From the IMG/VR virus record IMGVR_UViG_2554235297_000005: a stretch of 9,327 bases of DNA. One strand, written 5' to 3'. Positions 1 to 7,968 of this stretch are shown in pieces (position 1 is the first letter of the stretch; each line of letters starts with the position of its first letter). The position numbers and the translations under genes are program-made. The notes beneath the pieces were generated by a model. That model searched no databases and was not told where the DNA came from. It worked only from the letters and a program-made list of their open reading frames with translations. This stretch comes from a virus (taxonomy: Duplodnaviria; Heunggongvirae; Uroviricota; Caudoviricetes).

Positions 1-202
1 GAATCCGGGTGCGTCGGTCGATCTCCGCGTGGCAGTCACTACAAGCCCATGCGCCGATCAGGTCGTCAGGCTTCATTCCCGTTCCGCAAATTCCAGCCAT
101 CCGGTAATGTGCCAGAACTGTAGTTTCAGGATTACCATTGCATATTCCGTAAATACGTACCTGGCATTCTCTGCCGCGTGCTTCTTTGCGTAGGTTAGCC
201 AT
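1..202 (-). CDS. DUF1364/YbcO-like putative nuclease, N-terminal 67 codons only (gene runs off the left edge of the window)
   Basis: Minus-strand ATG at 202..200 overlaps the TAA stop of the upstream gene (TAATG). Translation begins MANLRKEARGRECQVRIYGICNGNPETTVLAHYRMAGICGTGMKPDDLIGAWACSDCHAEIDRRTRI, a Cys/His-rich pattern recalled from E. coli prophage YbcO. Not in the ORF track because it is truncated. Confidence 0.5.
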   Translation of the reverse strand, partial: MANLRKEARGRECQVRIYGICNGNPETTVLAHYRMAGICGTGMKPDDLIGAWACSDCHAEIDRRTRI

Positions 203-471
203 TATGGTTCACTCCAGTAATTCTCAATTGCAGCAGCCATTCTCTGCATCCACTCAGCCAGCTTTAACGCGGCTTCTCTTTCAGAACCACATTTAGGGAA
301 ATCCTTCATTTCCATGCTGGCCTTATATGTTCTGAATGCCAGGTCTCCGGTAATAACCAACTCCTGATCAAGCACCGAGCGTTTATTCCGGTGTTGAACG
401 TAATAGACAGATTCAGTCCGCATTTCTTCTCTGTCTTTTTTGAAGGAAATAAGCTCAGAGAAATCACTCAT
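202..471 (-). CDS. Hypothetical nin-region protein (89 aa)
   Basis: ORF-track ORF 202..471. Its ATG overlaps the NinF stop by 8 nt (ATGAGTGA) and its TAA overlaps the next ATG, so it sits in a coupled operon. No recognisable motif. Confidence 0.6.
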   Translation of the reverse strand: MSDFSELISFKKDREEMRTESVYYVQHRNKRSVLDQELVITGDLAFRTYKASMEMKDFPKCGSEREAALKLAEWMQRMAAAIENYWSEP

Positions 472-640
472 CGTCTTCTTCCTCGTACATTGAGCTATTC
501 GGATCGCTCATCAGTTCTGCGCAGCAGTACTCACACACGTGAACTTCCAGCACATGCAGCTTCTGACCGCAGTTAGCGCACGTTAAAGCTCGCTCGACGC
601 TTTCTTTCTGGTATTGAAGGGATTGGGATGGGCTAAGCAT
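464..640 (-). CDS. ninF: NinF-like small zinc-finger-type protein (58 aa)
   Basis: Absent from the ORF track (under 60 aa) but read by hand on the minus strand: [58 protein letters not shown]. The CxxC...C.CC pattern and sequence match lambda NinF from memory. Its ATG overlaps the upstream TAA (TAATG). Confidence 0.7.
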   Translation of the reverse strand: MLSPSQSLQYQKESVERALTCANCGQKLHVLEVHVCEYCCAELMSDPNSSMYEEEDDE

Positions 641-1005
641 TATTGGATTCTCTGCATCATGAGAAAGACAATCATGGCGGCGCGGAGGGGATTTTCATGT
701 ATAGCTCGCTTAGATTTACAGTAGGCCACACCGCGTGCACCCCACTCGTCTTCATCGAGATTGATAATGCTAATCCTGTATTTTTCAATAATCGGCCATG
801 CGGCTGCTGGGTTTGCGCATGGGTTAAAGGATCCGCGCTCAACTTCTACTTCAACTGCGTCTCCGTTTACAATGTCTCCCTCAAATGAGACAAACACCAT
901 ATCGCCATTCTCACCTTCTTTGTAATCCGGTGATCCGTTATGAATGGCTTCGAATACCGCCACGTTAATTTCAAAATCACTTAACTGTGAATAATCCATT
1001 GTCAT
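640..1005 (-). CDS. Hypothetical nin-region protein (about 121 aa), acidic, possibly NinX/DUF2591-like
   Basis: ORF 640..1041 trimmed to the Met at 1005..1003, which overlaps the NinE stop (ATGA). It occupies the ninE-ninF interval where P22-like phages carry ninX. Family assignment is a guess. Confidence 0.55.
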   Translation of the reverse strand: MTMDYSQLSDFEINVAVFEAIHNGSPDYKEGENGDMVFVSFEGDIVNGDAVEVEVERGSFNPCANPAAAWPIIEKYRISIINLDEDEWGARGVAYCKSKRAIHENPLRAAMIVFLMMQRIQ

Positions 1006-1178
1006 TTCCTCGCACGATTTCTTAGCCACCGGATATCCCACAGGTGAGCCGTGTAGTTGAAGGTTTTTACGTCAGATTCTTTCGGGATTGGCTTGCGTTT
1101 ATTTCTGGAGCGTTTCGTTGGAAGGTATTTGCAGTTTTCGCAGATTATGTCGGTGATACTTCGTCGCTGTCGTCTCAT
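1002..1178 (-). CDS. ninE: NinE-like protein (58 aa)
   Basis: ORF 1002..1268 trimmed to the internal Met at 1178..1176, which overlaps the methyltransferase stop (ATGA). Product [58 protein letters not shown] matches lambda NinE from memory. Confidence 0.7.
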   Translation of the reverse strand: MRRQRRSITDIICENCKYLPTKRSRNKRKPIPKESDVKTFNYTAHLWDIRWLRNRARK

Positions 1179-1702
1179 TCTGCCATCCTGACGCCCTGCC
1201 CGATCGCCATCAATGCCGCTTTGGATACGGTAGTAAACATCCGTCGAGGACTGATGAACGGTCGCCAAATCAGCAGCATGGAGCCTTTGCTGTTTCCCTT
1301 CTTCTCCAGCCCTGTCGATGGTTCGATAAAATTAATCCGTCCATCAGTGATAATACGAACTTCGTCGACACTCTCCAGAGCCTTGCTGAACCATCCGACT
1401 GACATATCCTCTGGCACAAGCATAACTACCGTCTGTCGCTGTTGTATGCACTGCTCAGCGGCTTTTTCCACCCACGGCCTGATATTGCTATACGGTGGGT
1501 TATTCCAGATTGCACCGTGGCTTATCCACTCAGAATTTAGCGCGTCGTCGGCCTCAGTTAGCCAGTGAGCACACAGAGCATTTTTGTCGCTCGCTGCCGA
1601 ATCCAGCCAGAATCCAAACTCAATATCCAGTGCATCAAAAAGCCAAAGCGGCGTTTGCCAGCAGTCCTTGTCGTGTGCTGGCGTATTTGATTTGATAGTC
1701 AT
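1175..1702 (-). CDS. Phage DNA N6-adenine methyltransferase (Dam family, orphan; about 175 aa)
   Basis: ORF 1175..1762 trimmed to the Met at 1702..1700, which overlaps the NinB stop (ATGA). Contains the CWQTP motif and the NPPY catalytic motif typical of N6-adenine methyltransferases. No adjacent restriction endonuclease. Confidence 0.8.
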   Translation of the reverse strand: MTIKSNTPAHDKDCWQTPLWLFDALDIEFGFWLDSAASDKNALCAHWLTEADDALNSEWISHGAIWNNPPYSNIRPWVEKAAEQCIQQRQTVVMLVPEDMSVGWFSKALESVDEVRIITDGRINFIEPSTGLEKKGNSKGSMLLIWRPFISPRRMFTTVSKAALMAIGQGVRMAE

Positions 1703-2139
1703 GCAGCCCGATCTCCCCATCGCGCTTTCCATTCGAGAGCTAGTCGCGCTTCGTCTGACCACTTAACGCCACGCTCTGTACCGAATGCCTGTATAAGCTC
1801 TAATAGCTCCGCAAATTCGCCTACACGCATCCTGCTGGTTGACTGGCCTATTACCACAAAGCCATTCCCGGCAAGGTTAGGAACAACATCCTGCTGCTTT
1901 AATGCTGCGGTAAACACACACTTCCAGCTTTCTGCATCCAGCCAGCGACCATGCCATTCAACCTGACGAGAGACGTCACCTAAGCATGCCCATAGCTTCC
2001 TGTTTTGGTCTAAGCTGCGGTTGCGTTCCTGAATGGTTACTACGATTGGTTTGGTTGGGTCTGGAAGGATTTGCTGTACTGCGTGAATAGCGTTCTGCTG
2101 ATGTGCTGGAGATCGAATTTCAAAGGTTAGTTTTTTCAT
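1699..2139 (-). CDS. ninB: NinB (Orf-family recombination mediator, 146 aa)
   Basis: ORF 1699..2157 trimmed to MKKLTFEIRSPAHQQNAIHAVQQILPDPTKPIVVTIQERNRSLDQNRKLW..., preceded by a GGAGAGGGAAG Shine-Dalgarno. The ORF-track N-terminal extension MGEREV is a translation of the RBS and terminator tail. Sequence matches lambda NinB from memory. Confidence 0.85.
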   Translation of the reverse strand: MKKLTFEIRSPAHQQNAIHAVQQILPDPTKPIVVTIQERNRSLDQNRKLWACLGDVSRQVEWHGRWLDAESWKCVFTAALKQQDVVPNLAGNGFVVIGQSTSRMRVGEFAELLELIQAFGTERGVKWSDEARLALEWKARWGDRAA

Positions 2140-2155
2140 GACTTCCCTCTCCCCC

Positions 2156-2187
2156 AAATAAAAAGGCCTGCGATTACCAGCAGGCCT
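2156..2187 (-). terminator. tR2-like intrinsic terminator between the helicase gene and ninB
   Basis: On the minus strand: AGGCCTGC-TGGTAATC-GCAGGCCT hairpin (8 bp stem, 2164..2187) followed by TTTTTATTT. Same position as lambda tR2 between P and ninB. Confidence 0.7.
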
Positions 2188-2212
2188 GTTATTAGCTCAG
2201 TGATGTAGATGG

Positions 2213-3589
2213 TCATACGTCCGCCCCTTGTGCATATCGTCTGCCACGCGCAGCAGGTGCATTTGATGCTGTGCAAATCTGTCTGGCTTCATCCTGGTCA
2301 CATGCAACAAAGTGTCCGTTGCAGAACCGCTGGTAAACCGTACCAAGCGAGCCAAAACGGTTTTTCGTCACGATGATTTCAGCAAATGGCGCGGCGCTAC
2401 TGTTCTCGTCATATACCGCTTCCCGATAGAGCATGATGATTGAGTCTGCATCCTGTTCAATGCTTCCTGAATCACGCAAATCTGCGTTTGTCGGGCGTTT
2501 GTTTGGTCGCTTCTCAACATCGCGCGAAAGCTGACTCAGGGAGATAACAGGCGTTTTCAGGTCTTTCGCCATCGCCTTCAGGCTTCCGGAGATGTGAGCA
2601 ATTGCAAGGTCGTTGCGGTCTGCTTTCGGCTTCTCAATCAGGCCAAGATAATCCGCCATGATGAGTGACAGGTTTGGATTTTCCTGTTTGTGCCGTTCTG
2701 CGATTGAGCGTATTTCTTCGACCGATAACCGCGAGGCATCGACTACCCATACATCCAAATCTGCAAGCTGATTCATGCCGTTAGCAACGCGCGCCCAGCC
2801 TTCGTCATCCATCGATGCAGGATTTCGCAGCACGCTAACCGACATCCTCCCGGCGTTGGCAATGCTTCGCTCTGCAATCTGCAATGCGCTCATTTCCATT
2901 GAGAAAATCAATACCCCGCGCCTGACGTCAGAACCAGGAAGAACGCGGCTTGCAACGCCTTCGGCAATCTTTAGCGCCAGTTCGGTTTTCCCCATACCAG
3001 GACGAGCGGCGATTATCACCAGGTCTTCCGCGTTCATCCCTCCGGTGATGGCGTCAAGTTCTTCGATTCCGGTCTTCAGGGTATCTGATTCCTCTCCGTT
3101 CCTCAGACGCCTGTCAAGCGTGTCAGTGTAGTCAGTAATGATTTCCCCTAACCGTACAGGTTTTACCTCGTCACGGGGCTTTCTGATGGCTGAGAGACGC
3201 TTTACAAGTTCATCCATCGCCTGACTCGATGCGTCGATGGTTCCGCTCTGAATTGGTTCACGCATTTCATCCATGATTTCCAGCACCAGACGGCGGTGAT
3301 AGTTATCCGCGACCATTCCGGCATATCCCTTCAGGTTTGCGGCGCTCGGGCAGTTTTTGCTGGTCATCAGGATTGAGGTGAAATGCTCCTCTCCGCACGC
3401 CTCGGCAACCATCAGCGCGTCGATTAGGTTTCTGTTTCTCGCCTGCTTGCGGATAACCTCGAAGGCTTTCCGGTAGAGCGGAATTGAAAACGCTTCCGGC
3501 TCCAGTGTTGCCAGAACGTCGCTGGCGGTTGGAGTTAATCCACCAATCAGCAGGCCACCGATAACACTCGCTTCGATATCCTGTCTCAT
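2213..3589 (-). CDS. DnaB-family replicative DNA helicase (P22 gene 12-like), in the position of lambda P
   Basis: 458 aa ORF with a DnaB-like N-terminus ([12 protein letters not shown]) and Walker A motif [14 protein letters not shown]. Its ATG overlaps the stop of the upstream initiator gene (ATGA at 3586..3589). Confidence 0.9.
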   Translation of the reverse strand: MRQDIEASVIGGLLIGGLTPTASDVLATLEPEAFSIPLYRKAFEVIRKQARNRNLIDALMVAEACGEEHFTSILMTSKNCPSAANLKGYAGMVADNYHRRLVLEIMDEMREPIQSGTIDASSQAMDELVKRLSAIRKPRDEVKPVRLGEIITDYTDTLDRRLRNGEESDTLKTGIEELDAITGGMNAEDLVIIAARPGMGKTELALKIAEGVASRVLPGSDVRRGVLIFSMEMSALQIAERSIANAGRMSVSVLRNPASMDDEGWARVANGMNQLADLDVWVVDASRLSVEEIRSIAERHKQENPNLSLIMADYLGLIEKPKADRNDLAIAHISGSLKAMAKDLKTPVISLSQLSRDVEKRPNKRPTNADLRDSGSIEQDADSIIMLYREAVYDENSSAAPFAEIIVTKNRFGSLGTVYQRFCNGHFVACDQDEARQICTASNAPAARGRRYAQGADV

Positions 3590-4533
3590 GCAATCCCCCT
3601 GTCTGCAAACTTCCCTTCCCGTACTCCCGTTAACGAATCTTCCCTCAGCAGGTAATCAAAATCTGCCGTCCAGCCAGTGTCGTTGTCTCCGAAGTAAAAC
3701 GGCTTGGCCTGATGCACAAACGCCCTGACATACGCTCTGAAACCGTCCACGTTTGGCGTTTTCAGTTGCGGGATGATTTTCTTCAGGCGGCGTTTGCGTT
3801 TCTCGTTGACCGCAACAGCGTGTGGCAGTCTGTCACCGACTTCGGTGTTGTAGGCGTTCAGGAAGGATTCGTAGTCGATTCGTTCTGCCTTGCGACGTTC
3901 AGGTTTAACCTGCCCATCGCCTCCCCCATTGGGGGGTAGGGGGGTATTATTTATATTCTTGTTAATACCTTCTTGTTCATCATGTGCGGTTGTTTGTGCG
4001 GCTTCATGTGCGCTTTCATGTGCGGCATGTGCGCTGAAAGCCGCGCCATTACTGGCTTCGTCATGTGCGGCATCATGTGCGGTTGTTTGTGCGGCTTCAT
4101 GTGCGGGTAAATTGTCCATTTTTTGAGCATATTCATGGTAATTTGTGATGGTGATCACACGACCTTTTTGCTTCTCTCCATCAATGGAGATCATCCCCTC
4201 TTTCACAAAAACCTGAAGCATCCGCTCAACCTGATCACGGCTTGCTGGCTTGCCATGTCTGTCGCATAACTGAAGACCTAAATCAGCTGCTGTCACAACC
4301 AGTTGACCGGGTTGCAGATGCCATTCATGACCTTTGAAATTCGCTTTGTATGGCTTTCTGGCGGCATTCAGGAGAAGGTTTTCCCACAGGGTGCGAAGAT
4401 AAACATCTTTCGCCCATGACTGTTTCAGAATGCTCCGGTACAACGGAATGTAACCAGTTTTCTGGTTCTCCATCCTGTTGCTCCTGCGCTCGTGTGCGGC
4501 GCTGAAATCGTAGATTTTTGCTGTATTGCTCAT
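3586..4533 (-). CDS. Replication initiator, lambda O / P22 gene 18 family (315 aa)
   Basis: N-terminus MSNTAKI resembles the lambda O start. The middle is a low-complexity AH(D/E)AA repeat encoded by DNA iterons, as for ori-lambda lying inside O. Sits immediately upstream of and coupled to the helicase gene. Confidence 0.85.
   Translation of the reverse strand: MSNTAKIYDFSAAHERRSNRMENQKTGYIPLYRSILKQSWAKDVYLRTLWENLLLNAARKPYKANFKGHEWHLQPGQLVVTAADLGLQLCDRHGKPASRDQVERMLQVFVKEGMISIDGEKQKGRVITITNYHEYAQKMDNLPAHEAAQTTAHDAAHDEASNGAAFSAHAAHESAHEAAQTTAHDEQEGINKNINNTPLPPNGGGDGQVKPERRKAERIDYESFLNAYNTEVGDRLPHAVAVNEKRKRRLKKIIPQLKTPNVDGFRAYVRAFVHQAKPFYFGDNDTGWTADFDYLLREDSLTGVREGKFADRGIA
3944..4106. repeat. 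Candidate replication origin inside the initiator gene: iteron array plus flanking AT-rich segment
   Basis: Nine copies of the core TGTGCG(G/C) at about 3983, 3995, 4007, 4019, 4029, 4064, 4076, 4088 and 4100, mostly 12 bp apart. Two identical 35-nt blocks (3978..4012 and 4071..4105). AT-rich stretch 3944..3977 lies on the gene-downstream side, and a G-rich quasi-palindrome lies at 3921..3943 (outside this feature's coordinates). Confidence 0.7.
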
Positions 4534-4535
4534 AA

Positions 4536-4808
4536 CTACCTGCCTTGACGAAAGACCTTAAGAACATTGTTAAACTGACTTACGGATATGTCTTCTTTGA
4601 GCAGCTTTTCCAGAAATGCGTTTGGAATGAACGTATATCCCTCCTCTTTTGGTAGAGACGGAAGCAACGCCCTCGCCTCAGCCTTCAGAAGCTCAGTTCT
4701 GGCAACTTTCACAAAAGAGATTTGAGTTCTTTCATCAATGGAACGAAGGAAGCGCAAACGCTTAGCTTCTTTGTGTGTATCAGGTGGATTAAAGCCTTTG
4801 TTTCGCAT
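4536..4808 (-). CDS. Hypothetical small protein between cII and the initiator gene (about 90 aa)
   Basis: ORF 4536..4973 overlaps the cII 3' end out of frame. The likely start is the internal Met at 4808 (MRNKGFNPPDTHKEAK...), which has a GAGGT about 7 nt upstream and lies 22 nt after the cII stop. Start choice is uncertain. Confidence 0.5.
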   Translation of the reverse strand: MRNKGFNPPDTHKEAKRLRFLRSIDERTQISFVKVARTELLKAEARALLPSLPKEEGYTFIPNAFLEKLLKEDISVSQFNNVLKVFRQGR

Positions 4809-4811
4809 ATA

Positions 4812-4887
4812 ATTACCTCGCTGGATATTGTTAAAATTCCATCTGGGTTTGTTCAGAACGCTCGGTTGCCGCCGGGCGTTTTTTATT
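4812..4887 (+). ncRNA. oop: oop-like antisense RNA opposite the 3' end of cII
   Basis: Plus-strand CCATCTGGGTTTGTTCAGAACGCTCGGTTGCCGCCGGGCGTTTTTTATT matches the 3' part of lambda oop/t0 from memory. TATAAT at 4808..4813 is a candidate -10. The 5' end is approximate. Confidence 0.6.
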
Positions 4888-5127
4888 GGTGAGTCCATCA
4901 AGCGCATACTTAAAAGCCCTACTAATCGGACTGATGTCTGATGCCATTCCGAAAGCACACAAGACCGAAGCAATAAATCTCCAGTCCGTTCTGCTTATCT
5001 TCGATTCATGACAGCCAATCATCTTTGCCAGACCGCGCTGGGTAAGCGTTGACAGGTTGATGAGTAAATCTGTTTCTGCGCGATCAATTTCTCGCTGTGT
5101 TGGCTTGCTGTAACTTGCTTGTGTCAT
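4831..5127 (-). CDS. cII: cII-family transcriptional activator (98 aa) with a divergent N-terminal domain and lambda-type C-terminus
   Basis: C-terminal LTNKKRPAATERSEQTQMEF is nearly identical to the lambda CII C-terminus from memory, while the N-terminal part differs from lambda. Located downstream of cro in the PR operon. Confidence 0.8.
   Translation of the reverse strand: MTQASYSKPTQREIDRAETDLLINLSTLTQRGLAKMIGCHESKISRTDWRFIASVLCAFGMASDISPISRAFKYALDGLTNKKRPAATERSEQTQMEF
4859..4885 (+). terminator. Intrinsic terminator of oop (lambda t0-like)
   Basis: CGCTCGG-TTGCCG-CCGGGCG hairpin (7 bp with one G-U pair) followed by TTTTTT at 4879..4884. Confidence 0.75.
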
Positions 5128-5212
5128 TTCTTAATATTTCCAATAGTGAATAGTTAGTTGAAAGATATGCGTGGAAACGCATATGGCCTTAGTTGGTCAG
5201 ATATATTGGGAC

Positions 5213-5227
5213 TCGCTTTGTCAGCGA
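5213..5227 (-). promoter_or_regulatory. nutR boxB-like hairpin (P22-type loop)
   Basis: Minus strand reads TCGC-TGACAAA-GCGA between cro and cII. It has the same loop as the nutL hairpin at 7405..7419. Confidence 0.55.
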
Positions 5228-5265
5228 CGTAGGACGAATGTCCATTGTGAAAATAGCGGTGTTAC

Positions 5266-5475
<210 letters not shown>

Positions 5476-5482
5476 TTAGTAC

Positions 5483-6280
<798 letters not shown>

Positions 6281-6287
6281 CACGTAA

Positions 6288-6725
6288 ATGATTAAAGAAC
6301 GTATTTCTTATATCATTCCGATTGCGATGGATGAAGGCAACCCAGTAACTCCAGTTCTTATCTATGAAATGGATAAAGACTCCCATGAAGTGGATCTATC
6401 ATTTGGCGCTTTTTTTATCGGCCTTAAGGCTACAAAAAAATATTCCATAGGCATTGAGGTTTTCAATGCTCAAGAAATACCGATACCAATTGACACAAAA
6501 CTGTACTCCAACCATAAGTTTTTTACGGTAGCAGAAGCCAACGATGGAGAAACCATCGTATCAACTTCTATGAGAATTAACTTCCCAAGGGTGAAAATTA
6601 TCAAGCCTGGGATATTCGAAGTTAGAGCATCACTGGTTAATCCTGATAAAGGCGAAGTAATTGATGTAAAAAGTTCGTTTTTTGACGTGAAGATAACAGG
6701 ATCAGTTCGCGATGAGTTTAGATAA
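6288..6725 (+). CDS. Hypothetical protein (145 aa), first gene of the cI-downstream cassette in the rexA position
   Basis: ORF starts 8 nt after the cI stop on the same strand. Visibly AT-rich with different codon usage from cI. No recognisable catalytic motif and no similarity to RexA that I can see. Confidence 0.7.
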   Translation: MIKERISYIIPIAMDEGNPVTPVLIYEMDKDSHEVDLSFGAFFIGLKATKKYSIGIEVFNAQEIPIPIDTKLYSNHKFFTVAEANDGETIVSTSMRINFPRVKIIKPGIFEVRASLVNPDKGEVIDVKSSFFDVKITGSVRDEFR

Positions 6726-7083
6726 CAAGGTTGCTCAGCTTCGTCCAAATCAAAACATATCTCGCCCAATTGGACACTATTCCACTGATGATGCATACTC
6801 ACGGCATGGTGGAGGAAACGGCGGAGGTAACATGCTTGAGGCTAGAGTTGCAAAGCTAGAGTCTGATGTTGAATACATCAAGCGCGATCTCGCTGAAGTA
6901 AAGTCAGATATAAAATCTGTAGATTCTCGTCTGTCAGGTATTGAGACAAGCATTAGCTCAGCAAAAATCACCATCAAGGCATCTGCGGTCGTTGTCAGTT
7001 TCGTGTTCGCATTTTGCGCCTACATTTTTGGAAGTTATGTTTCCAAAATCCTTGATGCCTTAAACGGACTCGTTCTTAAGTAA
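6712..7083 (+). CDS. Small coiled-coil protein with a C-terminal transmembrane segment (123 aa; alternative start at 6832 would give 83 aa), in the rexB position
   Basis: The ATG at 6712 overlaps the end of the upstream ORF. N-terminal 40 aa are low complexity (HGGGNGGGN). Heptad-like segment LEARVAKLESDVEYIKRDLAEVKSDIKSVDSRLSGIE, then hydrophobic AVVVSFVFAFCAYIFGSYV. A GGAGGT precedes the alternative ATG at 6832. Confidence 0.65.
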   Translation: MSLDNKVAQLRPNQNISRPIGHYSTDDAYSRHGGGNGGGNMLEARVAKLESDVEYIKRDLAEVKSDIKSVDSRLSGIETSISSAKITIKASAVVVSFVFAFCAYIFGSYVSKILDALNGLVLK

Positions 7084-7088
7084 CACAC

Positions 7089-7116
7089 AACCCGGCCTCA
7101 GCGCCGGGTTTTCTTT
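7089..7116 (+). terminator. Intrinsic terminator closing the cI-cassette transcript
   Basis: AACCCGGC-CTCAGC-GCCGGGTT hairpin (8 bp stem) followed by TTCTTT, immediately after the stop at 7083. Confidence 0.7.
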
Positions 7117-7271
7117 ACCTCACGATCCCCTTCACCCAATAACACATAACCAATTGTATTTATTTGAAAATTAATAGATACAACTCACTAAACATCGCAA
7201 TTCAGATCTCTCGATCACCTCCCAAGCCACACACCCCTGCAAAAAAATAAATCTATATAAAAAACATACAG

Positions 7272-7344
7272 ATAACCATCTGCGGTGATAAATTATCTCT
7301 GGCGGTGTTGGCATAAATACCACTGGCGGTGATACTAAACACAT
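7272..7344 (+). promoter_or_regulatory. Left operator OL3-OL2-OL1 with PL promoter
   Basis: OL3 AACCATCTGCGGTGATA at 7273..7289, OL2 TATCTCTGGCGGTGTTG at 7294..7310, OL1 TACCACTGGCGGTGATA at 7318..7334. -35 TTGGCA at 7308..7313 and -10 GATACT at 7331..7336 with a 17 bp spacer. Start expected near 7343. Confidence 0.85.
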
Positions 7345-7404
7345 CAGCAGGACGCACTACTCACCAGGGCGGTGAATATACAACGATTCAAGCAAGAATC
7401 TACG

Positions 7405-7419
7405 GCGCTGACAAAGCGC
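7405..7419 (+). promoter_or_regulatory. nutL boxB hairpin (GCGC-TGACAAA-GCGC), P22-type
   Basis: Perfect 4 bp stem with a TGACAAA loop about 60 nt downstream of the PL start. Matches the P22 boxB form from memory. No clear boxA upstream. Confidence 0.6.
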
Positions 7420-7424
7420 AATAA

Positions 7425-7573
7425 CCAAAGTGAACTTTGGGGTGTGGTGAAGGGTTCATGGACGGGAATATGTCGCACGTAAAGCGGCGAGGCCTGCGGG
7501 ACTATTGCCGAATTGAAGTAGGCCGAAACAGGTCGAAATGGGTCTCCCACCTACCACACCACCAAAGTTCACC
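7425..7573 (+). promoter_or_regulatory. Long-range stem in the N leader (RNase III-site-like) adjoining the N Shine-Dalgarno
   Basis: 5' arm CCAAAGTGAACTTTGGGGTGTGGTG (7425..7449) is complementary to 3' arm CACCTACCACACCACCAAAGTTCACC (7548..7573), giving about 19 bp of pairing with one small bulge. The 3' arm ends 1 nt before the AGGAGG at 7574..7579. Confidence 0.45.
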
Positions 7574-7584
7574 AGGAGGTCTAT

Positions 7585-7968
7585 ATGACACGCAGAACTC
7601 AGTTCAAAGGCAATTCACGTTCTCGTCGTCGTGAGCGTTTAAAGGCAAAGGCATTAGCTAACGGCGTACTGGCCCGCGAAGAAGCAATAAGTTCAGAAGT
7701 ATTACACCGCCCTACTCTAAGCAGAGCGCAGATTCAGGCTAAAGGTACTCACGAAACGCCTGAGCGCATAGAAGACGCTAAGCCAATTAAGTTCATGGCA
7801 CAGGACGTGATCTGGCAACAGAAAGAATACAGACGCAATCTGGAGCGAGCGGCCATTGTGTACGCGAATGAGTTTGGACATAAGCAACCAGAAACTGGTG
7901 TATGTCTTCCAAACGTAGCCATTTACGCGGCAGGATACCGGAAATCAAAACAACTGACAGCAAGATGA
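7585..7968 (+). CDS. N: N-family transcription antiterminator (127 aa), P22 gene 24-like
   Basis: First gene downstream of PL and nutL with a strong AGGAGG RBS. Arginine-rich motif RRTQFKGNSRSRRRERLKAKA near the N-terminus. C-terminal LPNVAIYAAGYRKSKQLTAR resembles the P22 gp24 C-terminus from memory. Confidence 0.8.
   Translation: MTRRTQFKGNSRSRRRERLKAKALANGVLAREEAISSEVLHRPTLSRAQIQAKGTHETPERIEDAKPIKFMAQDVIWQQKEYRRNLERAAIVYANEFGHKQPETGVCLPNVAIYAAGYRKSKQLTAR

Noticed and set aside
1044-1568. 174 aa plus-strand ORF, along with other antisense ORFs inside larger genes (2775..3131, 3712..3939, 5362..5607, 5896..6144, 6470..6802)
   Set aside because: All lie antisense to or overlapping well-supported genes and lack motifs or start-site signals. 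Treated as frame artefacts.
1699-2157. ORF-track N-terminal extensions of NinB (to 2157), the methyltransferase (to 1762), NinE (to 1268), the 121 aa protein (to 1041), the cII-to-initiator ORF (to 4973) and the cIII-like gene (from 9016)
   Set aside because: The longer versions overlap upstream genes or read through RBS and terminator sequence. Internal starts at the ATGA/TAATG junctions or after a Shine-Dalgarno fit better.
3978-4105. Possible CRISPR array suggested by regularly spaced short repeats
   Set aside because: Repeat units are only about 12 bp with no unique spacers, lie inside a coding sequence, and are better explained as origin iterons.
3890-4136. Two ORF-track ORFs (78 aa Cys/Ala-rich on the plus strand, 61 aa His/Met/Pro-rich on the minus strand) over the iteron array
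   Set aside because: Their low-complexity repeats are alternate-frame translations of the iterons inside the initiator gene, not independent genes.
5244-5252. Possible nutR boxA (CGCTATTTT on the minus strand)
   Set aside because: It resembles the boxA consensus only loosely and lies about 22 nt from boxB, further than I would expect. No comparable element is visible at nutL.
7361-7375. Possible fourth operator downstream of the PL start (TCACC-AGGGC-GGTGA)
   Set aside because: The half-site spacing is 2 bp longer than in the OL/OR operators, and lambda has a similar inverted repeat at the same place without it being an operator.
7437-7634. 65 aa ORF in the N leader, overlapping the start of N
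   Set aside because: It lies inside the structured leader (boxB and long-range stem), has no RBS, and overlaps the true N start out of frame. Most likely a chance reading frame.
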